This document shows, one piece after another, positions 51,701-63,172 of a stretch of 64,000 bases of DNA. The notes below the pieces were generated by a model. The model was not told the DNA's origin. It saw only the letters and a program-made list of their open reading frames with translations, and searched no databases. Position numbers and translations under genes: made by a program. The first letter of the stretch is position 1; every line of letters starts with the position of its first letter. The DNA is from Reclinomonas americana ATCC 50394 (Eukaryota): positions 73,073 through 137,072 of the forward strand of contig PS015296.1 of assembly GCA_048213135.1 (NCBI GenBank), read 5' to 3'.

Positions 51701-54700
51701 CTGACCGAGAATCTCGAGCAGCTGCGCATCCGACACAAAGTAGAAGCGCGGGAAGACGCCACGCTTGGCCTCCAGGTAGCCGGCCAGCGACTTTTGGCAA
51801 AACTCCAACGACTCGAGCAGCGTCTCGAGAAGCTCCTTCAGCGCCGGGTCGCTGGTCTGCTTGACCATGTTGGGGTTGTCGAGCACACCGGCCATGATCT
51901 TGCACCAGTTCTTGTCGATACCGGCAAAGCGCTTGGCCTCGGTGGGCAGCTGGCGGGCGATATCGCCACCAGAGAACACGGCCTCCAGGTAGATCCACAG
52001 CGACTGCGTGCGCAGCCACAATTCGATGACTTCCTGCGCCATGGATAGGCGCTGCACCCACTTCTGGATCTGCGCACGGAACGGCGCGTTGTACTTGTTG
52101 GAGAGCAGCGAACCGAGCGCCATCTGGGCGTCTTCGATGTTGGTCATCAACTCGCTGGTCGCCGACGGCATCAGCAACAGCGGGCCGCGGTTCTTGAACT
52201 CGTCCAGCTGCAGGTTGATGAGCGCCCACTCTTCCTCGATCTTGTTGATCTTCTCCTCGATATCGGCCTCACGCACGGCAGCGTTGCAGATTTCCTCCAC
52301 ATCGTCGGTGAAGCGATACAGCTTGGCCTCGACAATGTTGCGCACGCGGAAGTCGGTCATGGTGGGGCTCAGTTCGTAGCCCGACAGTTTCGACACGGAT
52401 TCCCAGTGACGTGCCTGAATGCGGTCGCTGGCCAGGCCAGTGAGCAGCGGCAGCGTCTCCAGGAAGTCGTTGATGGTCTGCTTGAGCTCCGTGTAGGCCT
52501 CCCAGTTGCTGAGGAGGGAAGAGGGTGAGAAGAGGGTGAGACAAAGGCAATGCAAACGGAGGGGAAGGGAGGGGAAGGGAAATATGGGAAGGGAAAGGAG
52601 GGGAAGGGAGGGGAAAATGGGACAGGGAGGTGAAGGGAATGGGAAGGGAGGGGAAAGAGCGGAAAGACATCAAAGGAGAGAGAAAGTTGAGAGTTCAACG
52701 AGGAGAGAGAGAATGAGAATGAGAAAAACAGAAAACACAAACGAACAGAACAGAAAATGAGAGCAGGTTGAGAGATTAACAAGTAAATGAAGCGAGATAT
52801 AAAAAGGAGTGAAATAGCAAGAGAGCGAGAAAGGATCAAGGACACATACAGATAGAAAAGAGAAGACATAATGCGACCCGCTACGAAACTGAAGCTGGCG
52901 GGGCAGGCGACGGCAGAGCGTCTGGAACGTGTTGAGCTTGTCGGCCATGTCTTGCACCTTGACGTCAGTCCACAGTACCTCCTCGTAGCCGGTGATGGTG
53001 ACGAGCACGTTGGTGTAGAGGTTGTAGAGCTTGCCGAGCAGGTCGAGCTCCTGGTCCAAAAAGTCCAGCTCTGGGTACGTGGTCTGCGGCAGGTTGAACA
53101 GCTGCTCACCCATCTCGTAGATCTCGCGCTTGCGCTTGCGATCCTGGTACAGACGCTCAAAGTTCTTGAGCTTCTCCACAGCCACACGCGGCTTGATGCC
53201 GGGCTGATTCGGACCCTTGTCATCGTACTCGGCCTTCAGGCGCGCGACATCTTCGACAAAGGTCTTGACGTCGCTCTCCAGCGCCTTCTTGTAGCGCGGA
53301 GCAATCTGTCGTCACCCCAGCACCGCATTGAGTCAAACCAAAAAAAGGAGGGACAAGAAGGTAAAAAGGGACGCAACATTCGACACGTGCGCCATGGTGA
53401 GACGCGACTCGTGCACCAAGTCCTTCCACTTCTTGCGGATCTTCTCCACCTCCTCCAGCTCTTCCTGCGGCACGTCGACCTTGTACTTGAGCAGAATCTG
53501 GTAGGCCTCCTCAATCGGGATCATCTTCATCTCCATGATGCTCTCCTTCTCGCGCAGCACGCCAAGGACGCTCATGAGGGCGTTGATGTCGGCCAGATCC
53601 TCCAGCTGGTCGCGCTTCATCAGCTTGCTCATCGTCTCGTCCATGTAGGTGAGGTACTTGTCGAGCTTGCCCTTGCCCTTCTGGTTGAGGGCGCTGCCGT
53701 ACTCGGTCTTCCAGGCGGCGGCCTCACGCATAAGGGCCAACTTCAGCGGCTTGATGTCGAGGCAGAGAGTGCCGATGATGTGGGCCGGCGGCAGCGCCGA
53801 CACTCGCTCAAATAGCAAGTGGTACTTCTTGACGGCCATCTCAAAGTCGTTGAGGCCGGGCTTGGAGCCCAGGAACTCAGCCATGGTCTCCTTGCGGTTG
53901 ACACGCCACAGCTCCTGATATTGGTTCAGGTCTTCCAGATACTTGAGCACCTGCGCAAGGGGGAGGGAGGAGAAGCGAGAGAGGGACAATGTCATGAGTC
54001 GTTCATCTCGGACGTTCAGGAAGGGATTCTTCGCCGAGGTAGATGGACCATGACTGTTGATTTGGCACTCGCCGTCAACCATCCCGACCGCCACCGAAGA
54101 ATTCAAGACGGGCAGGAGTAGACGCATACGGGCGGTGCCAAGGAGGGAGAGGGTGAAGGGAAAGGGAGGGAAAGGGAAAGGGAGGGGAAGGGAAGGGAAA
54201 GGGCAAGGGAGGGGAAGGGAGGGGAATGGGAGGGACTGAGGAAGAGTGAGGAAAGCAGAGCGAAAGAGGGTGTGACAGAGGGATGCGAAGAATGACAAGT
54301 TGGATGGACAAAAATGAGAGGTCAAGGGGGAAAGAGTGCAACAGAAGGGAGAGAGAAAAAGTCAGAGAAAGAGGGGACGAAGAAGAGAGACAGCGGAGGG
54401 AGGGAAACAGGGACAGACACATGCAAAAACTGAGAGATGTGAAGGAAACAGGGAGTGAACAGAGAAAGAGAGGAAATGACAAGAGAGAAGAGATCTCTGT
54501 GTCCTCCACCCGCGCCCCCCACCCTCCCAACACTCAACTGTCTTGGAAAGCACGGCAGCGGAGCCAGTCAGCTGCAGGAACGTCTTGATGATCTGACGGT
54601 TGCGGCCGAGCTCAAAGTACGCGTTGCGCAGGCCCTCCAGCGCCTCCGGCGTCTGCTGCTGCGGTCGCTTCTGGCCCCAATACAAAATGTACTTGGTGGC

Positions 54701-57700
54701 CTCCAGCATGATACGCGCAGTCTTGTTGATGCATCGCTGCACCTCCTCCAGGGACGGGTCGATCACAATGTCGGGCACTTGCAGGTGCACCTCGGCCTTG
54801 AAGACGGGCATCGACAGCGACAGGAAGCCGAACGACTTGTACGAGATGCGCGACTTGAGGCTCTGCGCACTGCGGCGCAGCGAGTCGATGCAGGAATCGA
54901 CGGCGACCTTTTGGTAGTGCGACACAATTGCCGCGCAGTCCAGGCGCACCTCCTGCACCTCCTCTGCCGCGTACTGGTGGGTCAGCAGCGCCACCAGATC
55001 GTTGGCCGCCGACTCCATTTCGGCGCTCTTCAAGTCGATCGTCTTGGCGGCCTTGATCGATGTCTCCGACTGCAGCTCGATGAAGTCGCTGATGGAGAGC
55101 GTCTCCGGGTGGTTCAACTCGACAAACAGCGTGTTGCCGATGCACCGCGCATTGGCCTCCAGGCGGTTCGCCACAATGTCGTTGGACTGTGAGGAGACAA
55201 GGGTAAGCTAAGGTGCGAAGGAAATGAGCAGAAGGAAATCGTTCTGCAGACCTTGCTGACGAGCTCCTCCAGGCGGCTGATGGCGCGGACGCATTGCGTC
55301 GTGTAACCGTCAATGTTCAGCGAGGACCATGTGAGGGAGATGAGGCCCTGTGGGGGAGGAGTGTGAGAAGGAGAAGCGAGAGGGAAAAAGGAGAAGGGAG
55401 GAGGAGAGGGAGAGAGGAGAGGAAGGGGAAGGGGAAGGGGAAGGNNNNNNNNNNNNNNNNNNNNNNNNNNNNNNNNNNNNNNNNNNNNNNNNNNNNNNNN
55501 NNNNNNNNNNNNNNNNNNNNNNNNNNNNNNNNNNNNNNNNNNNNNNNNNNNNNNNNNNNNNNNNNNNNNNNNNNNNNNNNNNNNNNNNNNNNNNNNNNNN
55601 NNNNNNNNNNAGAGAGAGAGAGAGAGAGAGAGAACAGGGCGGACTTGCAGCCAGCTCAAACGCAACTGGGGCAATCACTTCGTCCACACGAGCAATCATG
55701 TTGCGAAGCAGACTGGCGTACACAGGCTGGACCATGCTGACCACGCGATCGTACTCGCTGATCATGTAGTTGAGGCTCGACGAGTATTTCTGCAAGCAAG
55801 TCAGACTCTTCCTCCTGCTCTTCCCTCCCAATCCATCCCACCCACAACGCACCTTGATCTTGCTCTTCTGCAGGTACACGGTGTGCGCCGACTCGGGGAT
55901 CTCCAGACCCATGTCGTCGAGCAGCTTGATCTCGCGAATCAGTTGCAGGATTTGCAAGTCAAAGTTGACCAGGTACTTGTTGGTGGAGGGGTCGCGGACC
56001 ATCAGCGTGGCCAGGAGGCCATCCCGCGCAGCCGCCACCGCCTCGCACCAGCCGTTGTACCACACCTCCTCGAACTGCACGAGGGCGCGGGCCACGGTGT
56101 TGTAGGCCTTGACAATGCGGCGGCTCTCGACGAGCTTCACAATGTAGGTGTTCTGGAAGTGGAGCATCGGGCCCTCCAGCTTGCGCAGCATCTGGCGCGC
56201 CCACGCAATGCTGCCGGCCACCGGCGGGTAGTTGCGCGGGAAAGGCGGGTGTGTCTTGAGGCGCTCGTACGACTTTTTGAAGTCCTCAATCACCTGTCCG
56301 TACTTGTGCCACAGGTGCAGGTGCTTCTCCTCCAGCGTGCGCTGCACAGCAGAGTGAGGGAGAGAGGGAGCGGGAGAACAAGAGCAGCAGGGCACAACTC
56401 ACATTCAGCGTCTCGCGATCAAAGGCCGCCTTGAATTGCTTCCACAGGTGCAGCGACGGCTCAATCTTCATGTTGTCGGTAAAGGCATGTGAAATAAAGG
56501 CGATGCAGTCATTCTCCAGCTCGAGAATCGACAGGTTGAAGGTGGCGTAGTCGGTCTCGAATTCCTGCTTGCGCGGGTCGAGGAAGTCGTACTTTTTCTT
56601 GCGGAATTCGCTCACGATGCGGCGGTACTGATGAGGAGAAGGGTGAGACATGGTAGAAGGGAAGGGGAGGGGGAGGGGAAAGGGGAAAGGGAGGGGAGAA
56701 GGGGGAGGGCAAAGGGGGGAGGGGAGGGGAAAGGAGAAGAGGAGGTAAGACGAGAAAGGAGAAGGGAGAAGGAGAAAGGGAAAAGAGATGAGATGGGGAG
56801 GAAAACACAGAAGGGAGAATGGAAGTAAGGAACAAACAAACAAACAAAGAGAGAGAGAATGAAAGGAAGAAAAAGAGAAAGAAAGAAGACGAGACAAGTG
56901 TCGATGAAACAAGGGACTTTGCCGCTCACCTGATCAACCAGCGGCTGCATGCCCTCGATCACACTCTCCTCAATGCCAGCGAATTGCTTGAGGGTGGTGA
57001 ACAGGTCGATCAGCTTCTGGAGACGGCGGCAAAACACGTCAAACTTGCCAAAGATGGCGGCCTCGGAGCAGTCAAACTGCTTGCCCGACGGGTTCTGCTG
57101 CAGCTCGTACTTGGTCTGCCGGTACTGCGACTGGTACTGATCGTACAGGTCGATGCAGTGGTGGCACTTCTCAATCAGCTTCACCGGATCCTGCTCCCAG
57201 ATCGACGTCTCATGACCGCGAGCGCCGCCCAGGCCGCTGGCCGTGGTGCGCATCGGCTCGTAGACGGTGAGGATGTAGCCCTTGCAGCAGGCAATCATCT
57301 GGTTGGTGATCTTGACAAACAGTGCCGTCAGGCGCTCCGAGGTGTTGTAGTAGCGCGAGATCGAGTGGATCATGCGGATGGCGTTGAGGAGGCCAGGGAG
57401 ACCGGCGGACACTAAAATGGGGGAAGGGTGAAAAGGGGATGTAAGGGCGAGGGATGAGAGAAGCGAAGAAGAAGAGAAAAGTAAGAGTACGCGCACACAG
57501 AGAGACAGGATGGAAGAGAGCACAAACAGCAAAGAGACAACGCACACAACAGGGGGCACTCAGATGTTCGGAGCGTTGCGCATCCAACACGTAGTGATCC
57601 AGGGCACACACATGCACACTGATTCTTTCCACATACTCCACACTACGCCCTCCACCTTCCCGCACGCACCTTGCGCTGGATCGTTGCGGTACAGGGGCTC

Positions 57701-59875
57701 GCTGAACTTCTCCAGTGTGTCGAGGTACTTGACATTGTCCTTGGCCTCGTTGGCTGCGTCAGTCAGCTGCTTGTCGAGCTCCATCCACTTTTTGAGGTAG
57801 CGCGACTTGGCATTCATCAGCAGCGACAGCACCATCTGCACGGAAGCACAGTGAGCATGCATGTGCCCACATCACCCACACCAACTATCTGTCCTCTCTC
57901 TCTCTGCATACCTTGACGGGCCGGCTCTTGAGCTGCTCGACCACGCCGTTGAACTTGGCCATGCGCGCCTTCCAGTATTCCAGCTCGGCGCGTGGGCCCG
58001 CATTGTCGGGCTCCGAACGCACGGCGGTGCCCTCGGCAAACGCCACCTGCAACTGCTTCTTCCACTCCTGCAGAATGGCCTCGTAGCGCTCGACCGTCGT
58101 CGGGTTCTTGGCGGCCTGGGCCAGTGCCGTCGGCGTGTCGTCCAGCATCTCGTCCGGTCGCAGCTTGCGCAACTGCACGCCAGCGGCCACGGCCTGGGAG
58201 GCCTCGCCGAGGGTGGACACGAAGCGCTCCAGCGACTCCATGAACGAGAGGATCTCGCCAATCTGCGCCGGGCCGTCCTCCTGCGTCAGCTCGCCCCAGT
58301 TGCTCTGGTTGCGCAGTGCCGGCACCATAACCTGTGCGGCGATCAAGAGTGATGAGCGAACACACACACACACACACGAGAGGGGTGACGAGTAGGAGGG
58401 CTGGCAAACCTCGGTGAGGCGCTTGCGCAGCTCATTGAGCACGTCCTTCTCCACGACGCCAAACAGCAGCTCGGCGTCCATGTTTTGTGCCGACAGCGCA
58501 CGGGTGCCGGCGCGCAAAAAGTACACACCCACCGCCGTGCCACGCAGCGGCAGTGCCTGATCGCCAGTGGCCACACCGAAACGGTGACCCTGTCGCGACA
58601 CACCAATGTACCGCTCGCCGAGCACGACGGGTGGTGGTGCAGAGCCGCTGGCGCCATTGGCGCGCGGTGAGTCACCACTCGAGTCCGAGTCGTCGCTGTT
58701 CTCCGCAAAGTCGCCCATGGAGCCTGGAGGGGAGGGGAGAGGAGAGGAGAGGGAGAGGAGAGGGAAAGGGTGAGCAAGTTGATACGGAGGCGAAGAAACG
58801 GGTCATGGACAGGAGTCGACCACACAACAACCACATACATTCTCACTCCCGCAACAAGCCTCCAGTCTAACGCACTCCTCTGCTCTTTGGCGACTCTAGC
58901 AGCAGCACCAAGAAGTCTCCATTCATACTCACTTCTCTCTGCCCAACACTCGCATCTCAACGCCCTCCATGCTTGAGACGCAGCCACACTTCCCCATCTT
59001 CTTCTCTGCCCATACTCTCCCCACGCACTCCACTCTCTCCTTCTCGCACCACGCACCAGCGGCCGCTAATACGCTCAACGCCCACTCTATACTCTCCGTC
59101 TCCAACGCCGCCACATCACAATCACAGCACCTTCAGCCCAGTCCACCCTCCAACGACCCACGAGCTGCCGCCTCTGCCACCACCAACTACACACCGTTCT
59201 CCACCACTCACAGCCTTTGCCGCAGCCACAAACTCACTGCTCTCTGTTCTCTCACCGACCAGCCGCCATCACAATTCCACCTCAAACTCACTTCCCGCAC
59301 TCACAACACCCACTCTACTCCGTCTCCTACCGCCTCAGCTGCCACCAACTCACGACTCCATCCCTCCTCCCATTCTACCCCCCTTCTCCCAACACCCACC
59401 AGCCACCGCCACATCATAAAGCCCACCGCAAACTCACTCACAACACCCATTCTCCTCCCCATCTACCCCCCTTCTCCTCCCCTTATCATGCCACTCACCC
59501 GCCGCCCGCAAAACATCTCAACACCCACTCTCCTACCGCCTCTGCTGCCACCAACTCACTACTCCCATTCTCCTCCCCGTCTACCCCCCTTCTCCTCCCC
59601 TTATCATGCCACTCACCCGCCGCCGCCTTTGCCGCCGCCGCCGCCGCCGACGCCGACGCCGTCGACGCAGAGCCGCCACTGCCTTCATCTCCCTCCGCCG
59701 ACGCCTCGCCATAATAGACCACAAATAGCCTCCTCAGCGCCGTGTCGGCGACAAAGTGCTTGATGGCGTCGGCCGCCGCATCGTGTCGCGTAAAGAAATC
59801 ATCAACGGCGGCGCGCGGGCACCGAAAGAACTCGGTGATTTTCGACAGGAACCATGTCACTCGAGGGTCCGCCAT
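39711..59875 (-). CDS. DNAH5: Axonemal outer-arm dynein heavy chain, gamma/DNAH5-DNAH8 class; complete, many exons
   Basis: DHC_N1 [33 protein letters not shown] and [20 protein letters not shown]. Linker [26 protein letters not shown]1 [12 protein letters not shown]...NCSDQMD; P2 GPSGAGKS; P3 [10 protein letters not shown]4 [14 protein letters not shown]. Stalk/MTBD present. C-terminus [18 protein letters not shown]5 versus DNAH8 cannot be distinguished outside vertebrates. Confidence 0.95.
53987..54141 (-). ncRNA. Candidate intronic box H/ACA RNA (hairpin-H-hairpin-ACA) in a dynein intron
   Basis: On the sense strand: hairpin 1 TTGGCAC-CGCC-CGT...ACG-GCG-A-GTGCCAA with an inner TCCTG-CCGTC-TTGAA/TTCGG-GGCGG-CGGGA stem; ANANNA box AAATCA; hairpin 2 GTCATG-GTC-CATCT...AGATG-GAC-CATG; then ACA plus 3 nt. 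It is a complex island within an otherwise CT-rich intron. Confidence 0.55.
59081..59624 (-). repeat. Degenerate tandem repeat in dynein intron 1, including a ~60-nt duplicate of the exon1/intron1 junction
   Basis: 59446-59506 and 59564-59624 share cccattctcctcccc.tctacccccc.tctcctccccttatcatgccactcacccgccgcc. Related units occur near 59081, 59306 and 59521. Confidence 0.8.
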
Positions 59876-60323
59876 GATACTAAGAGAGAGACACACACAC
59901 GCAAACACACACACGCGCGTGAAAGTGAGACAGAGAGCGGGTGATCGTTGGCGCGCAAAACACACACAAAAAAAGTCTCATTTTCGCACTGTCTGTTACA
60001 CACACGCACACGCACACGCACGCACACGAGGAGACGCACACACACACGCGCGTGTGCGTGCGAGATGACACAACACAAACACACGCGCGCGCGCCATGTT
60101 GCAAGAAACGCACGTACCACTGTGTAAACCCTGCGCAAATGTGCCGCGCTCACTCTGCTTCTTGCACACACACACACGCGCGCGTGCTTGTTGTGTGTCT
60201 GTGTGTGTGAGAGTGTGCGTGTGCTCTGAGGCAGCGAGTTGGTTGTTGTTTTCGTTGTGGCGTTGTAGGTTGCGTGGCTCGCACTGTCCCGCACTGTCCC
60301 GCGTTTTGATCTCTCACACAAAC

Positions 60324-63013
60324 ATGGCGGCGTCGGCATCACGCGCATGGTAATGTGCTCTCTGAGTGGGCGAGAGTGCAGAGGAGTGCAGAGAGAGAGG
60401 GGAAAAAGTGTGTGAGTTGTGCGTGAGTTTGACATGTGACATGTCTCAGTTTAGACACTCTCTCTTCTTCTCTGTCTGTGTGTGCGTGTGTGTGTGTGTC
60501 TCTCTTGTGCTCTTCAAGTGTCTGTCTCACTCGCATATGCACTTGCTCTTGCATTTGCATGCGAATGAGTGAGTCTGATGAGAGAGAAGAGAGAGAGAAG
60601 AGAGAGAGAGGGAGAGTGTTTGAGTGTGAGTGTGAGTGTGAGTGTGTGTGTGTGAGAGAGCGTGTGTGCCTGTGTCTATCTTCTCACTCACTTGTGCACT
60701 CTCTTTCATTTGTACTTTCTCTTGAGAGTGTGATTGCAAGAGTGTGTGTGTGAGAGAGAGAAAGAGAGCAGAAGGGAGTGAGGCCCACACAAGGGGAGAG
60801 ACAGGCAGATGCACACACATGCAATCTCTTCACTTCTCTCTCTCACTCACTTTTGCTCTCTTCTTGAAGGGCGGACTCTGATCTTGGAGAGGATGACTTT
60901 GGTGTGGAGCGATTTGCGACTGGGCCGGATGAGAACGGCATCAAGACGATTACGGAAGTGCGGTACACGAAGACGGGCGAGAGAGTCAAGGTTGGTGGCT
61001 GGGGGACAAGGAGGGAGGAGAGGGAGACTGAGTCGAGATTCTTGCGCTTGAATGCTCACAAGCAGCGTATGCACTGAGGAATCATAGTTGTCTTGATTGA
61101 GCAGTGATTGTTTGCGCGTTGTGTGCGTGTGCAAATGCCTGTGAGCTGTAACGTTGACTCTGATGTGTGTCGTCGTGCATGCACTGAGGAATCGTAGTCG
61201 TGTCTAGATTGTGTGTTGCTCGTCAAGCACCCACGATCAGAGAGGCTGTGTGTCAATCTTGATTGGAATCACCATTGTTCTGCTTGGGCGTCTTGCATTG
61301 CCGTCGAGTGCAGCAGAGTCACTCTGAGCTCGTATGCTGAGACAAGTCTTTTCCTTCACGCCATGCTGAACAGCGCTGAGCTCGCACGACGAGCAACTCT
61401 TGTCGCTGTTCTTGGCTCGTTTTTTGTGTGTTCTTTCGTAGTCGTCCTTGGTTTGCACAGAATATCTCGGCGTGATGCGTCGCAGTAATACCTCCTTGCA
61501 CGTCTCGCATGTTTTCGCTCCGCATTGCAATCTTGTCTCCCCTTCCCCTCCCTTGCCCCTTATCCCCCCCTTCCCCCTCCCTTCCCCCAGCACGTTCAAA
61601 CCTTCCGCGTGTCCTCCCGCGTGAAGCGCGTGAAGAAGAGCGTGGTGGAGCGACGAGACATGCGCAAGTTTGGCCTGCAAGACAACTCGGTGGAGGGACC
61701 CGAGGAGCGCATCACCGAGGTGACCGATCCGATTCCGTTCGCGCTCACCACCCGCAAGAAGCTGGAGGCCAAGAAGGAGGAGCCGGATCTCATCAAGAGA
61801 ATCAAGGACTTTGCCGCACAGTCAGGTTTCCAGCAGAGGTCGTGGCGCGACAAGGCCAATGCGGTGGCGGCGGAGGAGGCTGCGGCGGCGGCGGTGGAGG
61901 GCAGCGGGCGCTACGTGCCACCCAGCATGCGTGGTCTGGCGTCGGGAGAGGCACCAAAAGGTTTATTATTTTCTGCGCTTTTCATGTTCAGATGTCTTGT
62001 TCTCACTCCCCGTCAAACCGCAGACATTGCCAAGATCCGCATCACCAACTTGCCCGACATTGAGGAGGACGAGCTGCGCCACCTGTTCGGCTCTGTCGGC
62101 AGCATCAGTCGCGCGTTCATTGCCCGCGATCGCGACACTGGCGAGCCACGTGGCTACGCCTTTGTCACCTACTACTCACGAGACGAGGCACAAAAGGCGA
62201 TTGACAAGTTTGATCGGTATCCGCTGTACAATCTCATTCTGCACGTCGAGTGGACAACAAAGTTGCGGAGGGGGAAAGGGTGGTACCTGACGGGTCTCTC
62301 TGCTTGTCATCCTCTGTGCGTCGCTCTCTATCGCTCATCGCCCGTCTGCCTCTCACTCTCTCTCTCTCTCTCTCACTCTCTCTCTCTCTCCACCTGCTTG
62401 TTGCTATCCCTCGCCTTCTGTTCGCCGCTTGCGTTCGTTCGTCTCCTGCGCATCGCTCTCCGTGCATGTTTTCTGTCGGTCGCTCGTTCCTTGTCCGTCG
62501 CTCGTCGCCAATTGTTTTCCGTGTCTCACTCTTTCTCATTCGGCTCCTATGTGTCATCTGCCGCTCTCTCCCGCAAATCTAATCCACCTCTTCGTTCCTC
62601 TCCATCCTTCTCTTACTCTCTCTCTCTCTCTCTCTCCTCCTGCGTGTCGCTGTCGCTCGCCTTCTGTTCGTCGCTCGCTTCGCTGGTCGCCAGCGCGTCG
62701 CTCTTTACTCATCTCCGGTGCGTTTCTCTCGGTGCTCGTTCCCTGTCGGTCGTCTTGTTCGTCGCCTGCTGTTGCTCGTCTCCCGTCAGGCTTCCCTCGC
62801 GTCACGTGCATGTCATCTGCGCGCTCTCCGTCTATCTTTTCCACCTCTTCATTCCTCTCCATCCTTCTCTCTATTTCGCTCTACACTTGCCTGTCGCTAT
62901 CACTCGTCCAGTCTCCCTTGACCCTTCCGCCTATCCTCTCCCTTCATTTGTCACTCCCCTTTTCCCTCCCATTCCCGATTCTCATCCTCTTCTCTGTTCC
63001 CGCGCGCAGCTAA
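60324..63013 (+). CDS. EIF3G: Eukaryotic translation initiation factor 3 subunit G (5 exons)
   Basis: MAASASRAW|ADSD...GPDENGIKTITEVRYTKTGERVK|...VVERRDMRKFG...GRYVPPSMRG...KIRITNLPDIEEDELRHLFGSVGSISRAFIARDRDTGEPRGYAFVTYYSRDEAQKAIDKFDRYPLYNLILHVEW (RRM). The last coding exon is C-TAA at 63010-63013. Confidence 0.93.
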
Positions 63014-63172
63014 AGGTGAACGGAGTGGCATTAAAAAAGGAAAGCAGGAGAGCCTACGACGTGTGCGTGCATGCGTGGAATACCGTGAATACACAACCAC
63101 GAGTGGGCTTGTTTGTTTTTCAAGGCCTATACATTTGGGGGTTGTTTTTTCACAAATGGCTGAAAGAGCGCA

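Noticed and set aside
57550-57625. Small hairpin followed by CTGA in a dynein intron as a C/D snoRNA
   Set aside because: There is no convincing C box and the stem is short, so support is insufficient.
401-62268. Reading the GTTGCG sites as non-canonical G|TT donors
   Set aside because: Many downstream exons begin with a non-G base after a clear YAG, so the frame and sequence require cleavage before GT.
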